From an uncultured Methanomassiliicoccales archaeon (GTDB lineage: Archaea; Thermoplasmatota; Thermoplasmata; Methanomassiliicoccales; UBA472): 64,000 nucleotides of DNA. This document shows positions 1 through 8,134 of this stretch, piece after piece. A model generated the notes under the pieces. It was not told the origin of the DNA. It saw only the letters and a program-made list of their open reading frames with translations, and searched no databases. Made by a program: the position numbers and the translations under genes. Numbering within the stretch: the stretch's first letter is position 1; each line of letters opens with the position of its first letter. Location of the stretch: contig CAVTBB010000005.1 in assembly GCA_963732855.1 (NCBI GenBank), positions 139,821-203,820 on the forward strand, in the 5' to 3' direction.

Positions 1-82
1 AATGTTGAGGAGGCGAGGGATCCGAAATCGTAGGAGAAAAATTGGTAAAGGGTTTAGAAGAGGTTTTCTGGAACTAAGCGTT

Positions 83-1489
83 TTACAACTCGTAGTTCTT
101 CGGGTTGAACGCCTGGACGTCCTTGTAGGCCTTCAGGCATTGATCGAGGAACTTTCCTTCCTCGTCTGGGAGGGCCTTCAGGTCGGTCAGGACCTTGTTC
201 AGCATGTCGCTCTCGTGCTTGCTGAGCTTCAGACCGTTCTTGGTCTTGGCGGACTCTGCGATCAATTCGGCTGCCTTGATACCGGCTGCCCTTGACCTCA
301 GGTAGATGTTGTTGCCTTCTGCGACAATTGCCTCTCCGATCTTGTAGGCGTTGTCGTACCGCAGACAGAACGCCTCTGGGGATCTGTACGAGTCGCATGC
401 TGCGTAGATATCCCTGAGGACCTTGTCCTGCTTCAGCTGTTTCGCTGTGTTCATCAAGGCCGCCTCGTATCCTATGACTCCGAGCCAGCACTGGACGGAT
501 GAGCCACCGAACTCCGGGTGGTATTCAACCGACTCGTTGGACCACAGGTCGCAGGTCGACGCGATGAGGTTACCCATCAGGTCAGCGTGGGCGTCTTGGG
601 CTCCCTTCCCCTCTTGGGCAGATGGGCGTCCAGAGATTGCCTTCAGGATCGGGCCTTCATAGCCGCAGTCCTTGTCCGGGCCAGTTGCACCGCACTCGAT
701 TGCCACCAGGGTTCTGGCGGAAGCGATGCAGCGAGTAACTGCCGCGAAGGTCCTCGGGATATCCTTGTCCAAGTAGCCACCGGCCATGAACATCGAGGTG
801 TTGGCACCGGCGCAGTTTGTGTCTCCGCCAGCGATGACCTTGTTCTTCTTGGCGATGTCAACGATCTTGGTCCACATGTACTCCATATCCATGGAGCCCA
901 GGTAGCCGATACCGAAGAGCCATCCGCGGATATCCTGGTGTAGGATACCGTAGTCGGACATCTCCTTGCCGCCCATGGACTCGATCGAGAGGACATCGGC
1001 GCCGTTCTTGGCTGCGACTTCGATGGACTCGATGACCTTCTCCGGGTAGGATGACTTCTTGTCCATTCCTTCCCTCAGGCCCTTCTCGGCCTCTCTCATG
1101 TCAGGCAGGGTGTGCCTGATTGCGGTCATGATTCCGTACTCATCGTGGTACTTCTTCATGAGCTCTTTCTGGCCCGCTACAACTGGCTTGGCGAACTTTT
1201 CCGGGTCGTTTCCGAGCTGGTAGATCCACTCGTTCTCCAGCTGAACGGCTGGGAATCCGAGGGTGACTGCCCTGTCCATGATGTCCTTGGTGATGTAGTC
1301 GACGTACTCGCGCCTCAGGGTGTCCGGGTTCTTCTCAGCGCCGGGCCTTGGGGCGAAGTTGATCTCTGGCACTACGAATCCCGCACCGGCCTTCATTCCG
1401 AGTCCGTATGAAACTGGGTATTTCGCGTCACCGAAGACGAGGTCGTCTGCGGTCTTGACTTCCATCTTTGTGAATCTCTTAACTGCCAT
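83..1489 (-). CDS. mtaB: methanol:corrinoid methyltransferase MtaB
   Basis: The 468-aa product is collinear over its full length with Methanosarcina MtaB as I recall it (blocks KYHDEYGI, GADxLSIESMGGKE, WSNESVEYHPEFGG, YDNAYKIGE). I moved the start from the track GTG (1498) to ATG 1489, just downstream of AGGAGGTG. It lies immediately downstream of mtaC. Confidence 0.9.
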   Translation of the reverse strand: MAVKRFTKMEVKTADDLVFGDAKYPVSYGLGMKAGAGFVVPEINFAPRPGAEKNPDTLRREYVDYITKDIMDRAVTLGFPAVQLENEWIYQLGNDPEKFAKPVVAGQKELMKKYHDEYGIMTAIRHTLPDMREAEKGLREGMDKKSSYPEKVIESIEVAAKNGADVLSIESMGGKEMSDYGILHQDIRGWLFGIGYLGSMDMEYMWTKIVDIAKKNKVIAGGDTNCAGANTSMFMAGGYLDKDIPRTFAAVTRCIASARTLVAIECGATGPDKDCGYEGPILKAISGRPSAQEGKGAQDAHADLMGNLIASTCDLWSNESVEYHPEFGGSSVQCWLGVIGYEAALMNTAKQLKQDKVLRDIYAACDSYRSPEAFCLRYDNAYKIGEAIVAEGNNIYLRSRAAGIKAAELIAESAKTKNGLKLSKHESDMLNKVLTDLKALPDEEGKFLDQCLKAYKDVQAFNPKNYEL

Positions 1490-1506
1490 TTTTCGCACCT
1501 CCTAAT

Positions 1507-2292
1507 TTAAGCCTTCCCCGATGTGATCTCGTCCCACTTGGAGCGGATCTTCTTCCAGTCCCAGCCGTCGATAGCCTTGTTGGCGAGGCCTGGTCCCTGA
1601 GCTGCTGCTGCAGCGTAGACACCGAGCGGGTATGACTCGACGTATGCCCTGTTGACTGCACCGCCGGCGCAGATGAACGGGATCTCCATTCCATTCTCGA
1701 CGAGCCTCTGGGCAACCTTCGGGAATGCGGACATGGTGGTGGTCATGAGTGCGGTTCCAGTGACGAGCTGGGGCTTGGTCTCCAGGCAGGTCTTCACTAC
1801 GTCATCGACCGGTACATCCCGGCCCATGTCAGTGACACCGTATCCATTCGATCTCAGCATGACGGCGGCGATGTTCTTGCCGATGTCGTGCGGGTCACCC
1901 TCGGCGACCATCATGACGACGTGTCCCTTCATGACCCTGTCGCCCTTCATTGCCTTCTCAGCAACCTTGATGCCCTTGTCGAATGCATCCGCGGCGACCA
2001 TGACGTGCGGTAGGTAGTAGATACCCCGTCCGTACAGCTCGCTGACAACATCCATTCCCTTCAAGAGTCCCTGCTCAACGAGGACTTCCGGGGTATGCTT
2101 GGCCAGTGCGGCCTTTGCATCAGCCTCGACGTCCTTGTACTTCATGAATACAACGTCTTCGGCGACTTTCTTCAACAAAGCGTCCTTCGGGAGAATCTTT
2201 GCTGCTATGTCTTCTGGCTTCTCTTTAGCCTCTACGAGTATATCGTAGCGCTTGAAGATATTGTCGTAGTTTACACTACTTAGGTCCATCAT
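1507..2292 (-). CDS. mtaC: methanol corrinoid protein MtaC (B12-binding)
   Basis: It carries the cobalamin-binding DxHxxG signature (GDPHDIGKN) followed by a Rossmann-like B12 domain, and is paired with mtaB. The start is set to the ATG-ATG at 2292, which follows GAGGTG; the track start is a GTG inside that RBS. Confidence 0.9.
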   Translation of the reverse strand: MMDLSSVNYDNIFKRYDILVEAKEKPEDIAAKILPKDALLKKVAEDVVFMKYKDVEADAKAALAKHTPEVLVEQGLLKGMDVVSELYGRGIYYLPHVMVAADAFDKGIKVAEKAMKGDRVMKGHVVMMVAEGDPHDIGKNIAAVMLRSNGYGVTDMGRDVPVDDVVKTCLETKPQLVTGTALMTTTMSAFPKVAQRLVENGMEIPFICAGGAVNRAYVESYPLGVYAAAAAQGPGLANKAIDGWDWKKIRSKWDEITSGKA

Positions 2293-2370
2293 TTTATACA
2301 CCTCAGATATCCCAAAATCCCAATCGAGGATCTTAGGGTCTCCTCCGAGGCAGGGGATTCATTTTCCGGG

Positions 2371-2378
2371 TATATAAA
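2371..2378 (-). promoter_or_regulatory. candidate TATA box (TTTATATA on minus strand) for mtaCB
   Basis: The forward sequence tatataaa reads TTTATATA on the minus strand, about 80 nt upstream of the mtaC ATG. This matches the archaeal TATA consensus. No TSS data are available. Confidence 0.35.
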
Positions 2379-3200
2379 TCAATTGTTAACGCAATAAATT
2401 CATAATACAATCAAATGAATAATTATACTTAGAAAATCGGTTAAATATTGATTCAAATACAACATGCTGGCATTTATTAATAGAAAATAATTGTTAAATT
2501 ATCATCTTTAAATACTAAGTTTTGACAATACAATTAGATTTATTATAATATATATAATGATTCTGATATTCAACAATCTTTTCAAATTAGTTTTTTTCAT
2601 AATAGGGGCCAGATGAAAAGTGGGATAGGCGGATAATCATGCCTCTCCTAATCCCTCCTCAAAGGAATAATCGATGTACATTTGGAATATGATCATTGAG
2701 AGAATTATGCCCCTAAACCATATCCTTTACCTTGCCGCAGATTAGATCCGACAATGAGCCAGAAAGAATTCCGGAATCTTGAACTCGCAATATATGAAAT
2801 CAACCAGTTGCAATGGATAAAAGGCCAGTATTATCGGGGGAAAAACAATCGGGACATTAACACCCCTAAAATGAATGCTATTCAATTCATATTGGAATTA
2901 TGTTTGCAAAAACTGCAGACATAGATATCAACAATAGTTACGACTATAAAGTTAACAATTGTTTGGGGGTTTATTAGTGCAAGGCTCTTCCGCTTGTCAG
3001 GAAATGAATATGATGAAACGGACCTAGGTAGAGATATTACAAGATACCGAAGGGCAAGGCAGTGATCATAACAGTAGAAGATCGCGAGTCGATCTTCGGG
3101 CCATCTGAAAATGCCGGAGGATACTCCCGAGCTTCCTCCGGCGTCCTGTCTACATCTGGTCCAAGAGCCTCGATAATATTGTTGTCACAAATTCTTTTTT

Positions 3201-4421
3201 CTAAACCGTTTTGACCCGCCGCAGCCTGCGCGCTGCGAGCATAAGCACAGCGCATAGCACCAGAGGCGGGATGATGACCCCGGCCAGAACGACCCATTCA
3301 TTTCCTTCGTTGACATAACCAAGCTCGAACAGGCCGGTCGTGGAGCCGAAGACCACCGTGCTGTTCTTTGTGATCGCCGGGGAACCGACGAAACCTGTGC
3401 TGATGTGATAGGTCCAGCGGACTGAGCCATCCGTCTTGACCGAGTACAAGGTGGTATCAGACCCGGCATAGCAGATCCCGCCGGAATCTATGGCCAACGA
3501 CCTGGTTACGTTGAATCCTTCGAGCTTCAGGGTCCAGCCGACGCTCCCGTTCGGATCGAGCGCTGTGAGGCTTCCGTTTCCGGTCAGTACCATTGACCAA
3601 TCATCCGACCTGATGCCTATCGAGGAGATTACCGGGGCACCGGTATAGTAAGACCAGACCAATTCTCCGTTGGGCGAGACACAATAAACGCTACCGTCGT
3701 TCGACCCGAAATGCACGTTCCCGGCGCTGTCGATCGAAGGCGACGTGCGCACTGCCCCGGTACTGTTGAATGTCCATATCGGCGTGCCGGTCCAATCCAG
3801 CGCATAGAGCTTCCCATCCTCACCGCCAAAGTATATGTTACCATTGTTGGCGATGGCGGGAGAGGAGCGCGATGTCACGTTCTCCAATATCCTCCAGTTC
3901 AGATGGCCGTCAAGAGTGAATGACATCAGGCCAGCCGAGGTGACAAAGAGGGTTTGGTTCTGTACGATGGTGGGCGAGGACCAGATCGGGGCGCTGGTGT
4001 TATACTCCCACCATCGGGTGCCGTTCCCGTCCAGGCAGTAGATGAACATGTCCGTGCTGCCGACGTAGGCGGTATCGTTCCACCCTACCGCAGGCGTTCC
4101 CATGAGGGTGTCGTTACCGACATATCTGTTCATGGACGTGTGATCGGCGCTGAGCCGGTACAGGACTGTACCACTGCTGGCGAAGTATGTGCCCCGGCCG
4201 GATATGACGACAGAAGCGTTTCCTGGGGCCCAGTATGGGACCCAAATGACTGCTTGCCCGGGATTGGAGGAAGTGTCGTAGGCCGACCTGCTGGTATGGC
4301 TCGGATCGCCCATGAACATAGGCCATGGCGCCGAAACAGCTTCTGCGACTGCGTCCTGACCGGCCATCGACACGGTCAGGGTCAACAGCGCAGCGACGAT
4401 CATCAATGTCCTGAGCTTCAT
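3201..4421 (-). CDS. surface-anchored PQQ-like beta-propeller repeat protein
   Basis: It has an N-terminal signal-like segment (MKLRTLMIVAALLTLTVSMAG), repeated 'xxxSSPAIxxxGxIYxGSxDGxLYAL'-type blades, many N-x-S/T sequons, and a C-terminal TM segment with a basic tail (RRLRRVK). I trimmed the start to M25 of the track ORF. Confidence 0.7.
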   Translation of the reverse strand: MKLRTLMIVAALLTLTVSMAGQDAVAEAVSAPWPMFMGDPSHTSRSAYDTSSNPGQAVIWVPYWAPGNASVVISGRGTYFASSGTVLYRLSADHTSMNRYVGNDTLMGTPAVGWNDTAYVGSTDMFIYCLDGNGTRWWEYNTSAPIWSSPTIVQNQTLFVTSAGLMSFTLDGHLNWRILENVTSRSSPAIANNGNIYFGGEDGKLYALDWTGTPIWTFNSTGAVRTSPSIDSAGNVHFGSNDGSVYCVSPNGELVWSYYTGAPVISSIGIRSDDWSMVLTGNGSLTALDPNGSVGWTLKLEGFNVTRSLAIDSGGICYAGSDTTLYSVKTDGSVRWTYHISTGFVGSPAITKNSTVVFGSTTGLFELGYVNEGNEWVVLAGVIIPPLVLCAVLMLAARRLRRVKTV

Positions 4422-4616
4422 CCCGATCCCGGTACTCACCAGGATAGTTGGAGATAATACTTTCCACTGGTGGAGTAGAATGACGGACCTCACCCCAAGA
4501 AAAGTGCCTTGGCGATCGAGCCGGTCGAATGGTCCGGAACGGTACTACCGCCAAGTTCTTATCCTCGCAGGGCTAAACAGTGTGGCCCAGGTTCATATTT
4601 ACCTGGGGAGATTATC

Positions 4617-5231
4617 ATGGTGGACTACGAAGCGCTGTTGGCAAAATTCCGATCTTGGACAGACGGTCTCGACCTTGTCGAGAGCAGAGTGGCGCTCTTC
4701 GAACGCGTCCGTGATATCCCATTCAGGCCGACGGTGAAACTTTATAGCGAGTGGGATGCCCCCGATAGGACTATCGCCCAGAACTTCGGCGGTAGCGAGG
4801 CCAAGAGCATCCTGCTGGGAACGCTATTCGAGATGTTGAACATCCGTGTAATGTATGCCACATACTCGTTTCGCTGGGAGAACCTACGGGTGGAATACCC
4901 CTCGAACCTGAGGCAATACGTCCGAGCGATACCGGTCTCATTCCACACCGCGTTCAAGGCCAATATCGATGGAGAATGGGTAATGATCGATCCCACCTAC
5001 GACCTGCCGCTAGGAAAGGTAGCGTTCAGGGTGAACCGTTCCTGGAACGGGTCCTCGGACATGATGCTCGGTGTCGTCGAACGGGAAGAGATCGTGCATA
5101 CCGACCCGGTCGAAAGAGCCAAGTACGCCAAACTTCGGCACGATCGATACGATGAAGAGCAGACAGCATCGCTGACCGAGTTCTATGAGAACCTCAACTC
5201 TTGGTTGGAAACATTGCGGATTGAGAAGTGA
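4617..5231 (+). CDS. transglutaminase-like fold protein (nucleophile position not Cys)
   Basis: The His (SFHTAF) and Asp (WVMIDPTYD) parts of the transglutaminase-like core are recognisable. The expected G-x-C segment reads GGSEAKS instead. The ATG at 4617 is preceded by GGGGAG. Confidence 0.5.
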   Translation: MVDYEALLAKFRSWTDGLDLVESRVALFERVRDIPFRPTVKLYSEWDAPDRTIAQNFGGSEAKSILLGTLFEMLNIRVMYATYSFRWENLRVEYPSNLRQYVRAIPVSFHTAFKANIDGEWVMIDPTYDLPLGKVAFRVNRSWNGSSDMMLGVVEREEIVHTDPVERAKYAKLRHDRYDEEQTASLTEFYENLNSWLETLRIEK

Positions 5232-5233
5232 AA

Positions 5234-5322
5234 TGGAGCAGGGACCGCGATTTGAACACGGGTATGCGGATATCCGCCATATAAGGCTGCAGTCCGCCAC
5301 ATGGCCGCTCTGTCATCCCTGC
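5234..5322 (-). tRNA. tRNA-Cys (GCA) with a 15-nt intron at 37/38 and a genomically encoded CCA
   Basis: The minus strand reads GCAGGGA-UG-...-GCGGA CUGCAG [CCUUAUAUGGCGGAU] A UCCGC AUAC CCGUG UUCAAAU CGCGG UCCCUGC U CCA. Acceptor, anticodon and T arms all pair, and the discriminator is U73 as in tRNA-Cys. The D-stem pairing is imperfect. Confidence 0.75.
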
Positions 5323-5412
5323 GTAACGGGCTAATTCTGTTCAACATATATTAGTTTATCTCATACTGGATTGATTGTGGATAATCACAGAAGCATCGTT
5401 CGATTTAGCGAG

Positions 5413-6303
5413 CTAAGGTCGTTTCTTCTGAGATATCTTTTTTGGGGCAGATGGTTTGACCGTCTTCCTAACCGTTTTCGGCTTTGATCCCTTTGGAGAG
5501 GGAACAGCTTGAGCAACCGGTGATTCGAGCGATCTAGCTAGGATATCACCGAGCCCATCAGACATCTTCCTGAGATCTAGAACGCGGGATTCAAGCTCCC
5601 TTCTTGATATTATCTTGGGGCGGTCCTTGTTGACGCTATAAGCGACGGAGCCGTCGGTGAATGCCACAAACTCGACATGGGCGATGCTGTTGCGCAGCTG
5701 GCGGTCGCATGCTCGGGCGACGATGTCCAGCCCGTTGTCCTGGAGGAACCGGAGCTTGTTCGCCAGACTGTCCTCGGCGATGGCGTCCAGCTCCGACGTC
5801 CCGGGCCGGCAATAACCCATATCGTAACGGTGGCCCGATTTGTGGAGAAGGACCGTCAGGACGTTGAGCTGGGTGGCGTAGATGCCTTCCACCAGCATGA
5901 GGTAGTAATGGAGCATGAGCCGGGTCTCATCCTCCGAGGTACGGGAATCGATATCGTTGCCGTACCTGGTCATCAGGATGTAGTACTCGGTGGTGTTGTG
6001 CAGCTTGGCCTGCATCTGCGGCAGCATCTGCCCCCTGATATGCTCGAGAACCTGGGGTTCCCTCACCTTGGCAAAGAGCCCGTTCACTATCGGGGTTAGA
6101 ATGCGCAGGATCTCTGGATCTACAGGTGGGATGACCCGATCCCAGCTGGCTTCGACGGACATCTCCTTCTGTTTATCGTCCAGCGATGAGTACCGTTCGA
6201 AATCCGCTCGGCTGATGGCCTTGAGCCTGGCCTCGAATAACCTCCTCCGAAGCGAGGCGATGCTGACGCTGAGACCGCTGCTAGATTGCATCCCTATCCC
6301 CAC
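5413..6303 (-). CDS. HEPN/Abi_2-like protein (RNxxAH motif) with Lys-rich C-terminal tail
   Basis: The protein is all-helical and carries CDRQLRNSIAHVEF, which matches the Rx4H HEPN signature in the RN..AH form typical of Abi-like proteins. The C-terminus is a basic tail (KGSKPKTVRKTVKPSAPKKISQKKRP). Confidence 0.5.
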   Translation of the reverse strand: MGIGMQSSSGLSVSIASLRRRLFEARLKAISRADFERYSSLDDKQKEMSVEASWDRVIPPVDPEILRILTPIVNGLFAKVREPQVLEHIRGQMLPQMQAKLHNTTEYYILMTRYGNDIDSRTSEDETRLMLHYYLMLVEGIYATQLNVLTVLLHKSGHRYDMGYCRPGTSELDAIAEDSLANKLRFLQDNGLDIVARACDRQLRNSIAHVEFVAFTDGSVAYSVNKDRPKIISRRELESRVLDLRKMSDGLGDILARSLESPVAQAVPSPKGSKPKTVRKTVKPSAPKKISQKKRP

Positions 6304-6442
6304 CGGTATCGACCATCGTGGTTATGAGCCTATCTGGTCCAACCCCTCCTGGCCCGGTCAGCTAATGACCCGGATATTTGCGACCTGTCGATGTTGGCAG
6401 GAGATGCCGGGGCTGCCGTTCCATTTGCGATCAAAGGCGCCA

Positions 6443-6877
6443 TCAAGCCTTTCTTCTCCTCAGCATCAGGAATCCGACGATCCCGACGGCAGCGAAACCA
6501 ACCAGGAGCAACAGGATGATCGATCCAACATCTGTCCCGACATCCTTCGGGCCAGCCCTGAAGCTAAGGAACCCGCCATCGTAGTGCTCATCGAACACGG
6601 TCACGTTGACGGTATATTCGCGACCTTCAGCGTAGTCGTGCTCCAAAGGGGCGACCAGGCTCGAGCCGAGGAGAAGGAACGTCGTGTTGCTCCCGTCTCC
6701 GAAGTCGATAACTGCGGAATGATTTCCTTGACCGGGATCGCTGAACCCAATCTGGATGGATAGATGCTTGCCGTTGAAGGACACATTACCAGGATGTTTG
6801 AGGATGGGTGCGACGTTGAACATCTGTACCGGGCAACTGTCCGTTACTGTCATCTTGCCATCGTCACCTTGCACCAT
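6443..6877 (-). CDS. PKD-domain protein with C-terminal TM anchor (possibly 5'-truncated)
   Basis: It has a PKD-like core (FSDPGQGNHSAVIDFGDGSNT...YAEGREYTVNVTVFDE) and a C-terminal TM segment followed by RRRKA. There is no N-terminal signal peptide, although the topology requires one. Confidence 0.5.
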   Translation of the reverse strand: MVQGDDGKMTVTDSCPVQMFNVAPILKHPGNVSFNGKHLSIQIGFSDPGQGNHSAVIDFGDGSNTTFLLLGSSLVAPLEHDYAEGREYTVNVTVFDEHYDGGFLSFRAGPKDVGTDVGSIILLLLVGFAAVGIVGFLMLRRRKA

Positions 6878-6894
6878 ATTCGTTTGACCTCAAC

Positions 6895-7101
6895 GTGGAT
6901 GTGCTGAAGGTGGCGCACCGCGGGAGCCGCTACTCTACCAGCGATGCCTTCCTTGATGCAACCAGCCCGGAAATTGCGGTCATTTGCGTGGGAGAGAACA
7001 CCTATGGGCATCCCACTAACGAGACGCTGTCAAGACTGCTAGACAATGATATCACCGTGCTGCGCACTGACCAGATGGGAACCATTGACATAACGGCCTA
7101 A
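6895..7101 (+). pseudogene. C-terminal remnant of a ComEC/Rec2-type metallo-beta-lactamase domain
   Basis: The 68-aa ORF reads LKVAHRGSRYSTSDAFLDATSPEIAVICVGENTYGHPTNETLSRLLDNDITVLRTDQMGTI. This corresponds to the last ~65 residues of ComEC MBL domains (LKVxHHGS...AViSvG..N.YGHP...L.RL....v.RTD..G). The rest of the gene is absent. Confidence 0.7.
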
Positions 7102-7242
7102 TGATGATAGAAAACGAACAAGGCAGTGTCAGAGCAACTCTGGTCTTCAGCCGAACGATCCATACACCAGATTCCTCGGATATATTAGCCATAGAAAGAG
7201 GATGTTCACCGTATTATCGATCCTCCCGTACCTGAGATATTC

Positions 7243-7250
7243 TTTATATA
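7243..7250 (+). promoter_or_regulatory. candidate TATA box for the 7283 gene
   Basis: TTTATATA lies ~35 nt upstream of the GTG start, and GGGAAGG sits immediately before that start. Confidence 0.3.
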
Positions 7251-7282
7251 CACTTACATAGGATAATTAGTCCGGGAAGGTC

Positions 7283-7969
7283 GTGGTAAGCAGAAGGCGC
7301 CTCAATGCATTCGCCGTCTCGTTCGTGGCCATGTTGATCGTCCAGGCCATCCTCACATATGTGATTGTCCCAGACTATAGACAGAGCGGTTACACCCAGA
7401 GCATCGGAAACGGAATGATTCCGGGGGAGTTCATAGGTTGGGGCGTGCGGACCGAGAACGGAAACAATTTGAACATGGAGGTGAGCGTGCCGGAAGGCTA
7501 CCTGATCGACGTCTACTTCATGAGCTATGATGACTATATGCAGATGGCCTCGAACCATTCGTTCGAATTCATTCCCGCGGCATCTCAGATGAACGTGAGC
7601 CATTTCTCTACTGCCATCAACATGGACCCATCGATCGATATTTACGATATTGTCATCGTCGGGCACGAATCGAATCCGGGAAATCCGACTTTCACATTGA
7701 GACTCGTCCAATCCCATTTCCCAGCCCAGCTCCTGAGCGTCGTACAGCTCGGCCAATTCATATCGATATACTCCGTCGTCCTTTTCTTCTTCCTTGTGAC
7801 CCTGGGTTATCGCGAGAACAGCCTGAATAGGAGCCCATACGTCAAAACCAGACCAAAGACGAAATGGAACAACTTCTATATGCAGTCCGCTTACGCGACC
7901 TTGGCGCTGTTCACTGTCCAGATGACGATGGCTTTGGTCATGTATTGGATCGTGATCGGTCCAGGTTGA
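7283..7969 (+). CDS. hypothetical membrane protein
   Basis: It has an N-terminal TM segment (AFAVSFVAMLIVQAILTYVIV), an extracytoplasmic middle part, and two C-terminal TM segments. I prefer it over the overlapping antisense 295-aa ORF, which has no recognisable features. Confidence 0.5.
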   Translation: MVSRRRLNAFAVSFVAMLIVQAILTYVIVPDYRQSGYTQSIGNGMIPGEFIGWGVRTENGNNLNMEVSVPEGYLIDVYFMSYDDYMQMASNHSFEFIPAASQMNVSHFSTAINMDPSIDIYDIVIVGHESNPGNPTFTLRLVQSHFPAQLLSVVQLGQFISIYSVVLFFFLVTLGYRENSLNRSPYVKTRPKTKWNNFYMQSAYATLALFTVQMTMALVMYWIVIGPG

Positions 7970-8134
7970 GCAATTCGTTCCGATCTTGAGACTGAACGAT
8001 CGAAGGTCAAGACAGTTAGGGGATCGTTTGTCAAAGGACTTTGAACTGACCGCGGGCAAGGACGTCTCGCTGCGCCACTTCAATATCCCGCTGACTGTAC
8101 TGAACATAGCGCGGTCTTTCCCTGCAGACATGTC

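Noticed and set aside
3077-3141. There are two GC-rich hairpins (GAAGATCG-5nt-CGATCTTC and CCGGAGGA-12nt-TCCTCCGG) downstream of the beta-propeller gene.
   Set aside because: They could be terminators, but archaeal termination mainly uses oligo-T tracts and none follows them on the minus strand. I kept them only as a note within the mtaCB upstream finding.
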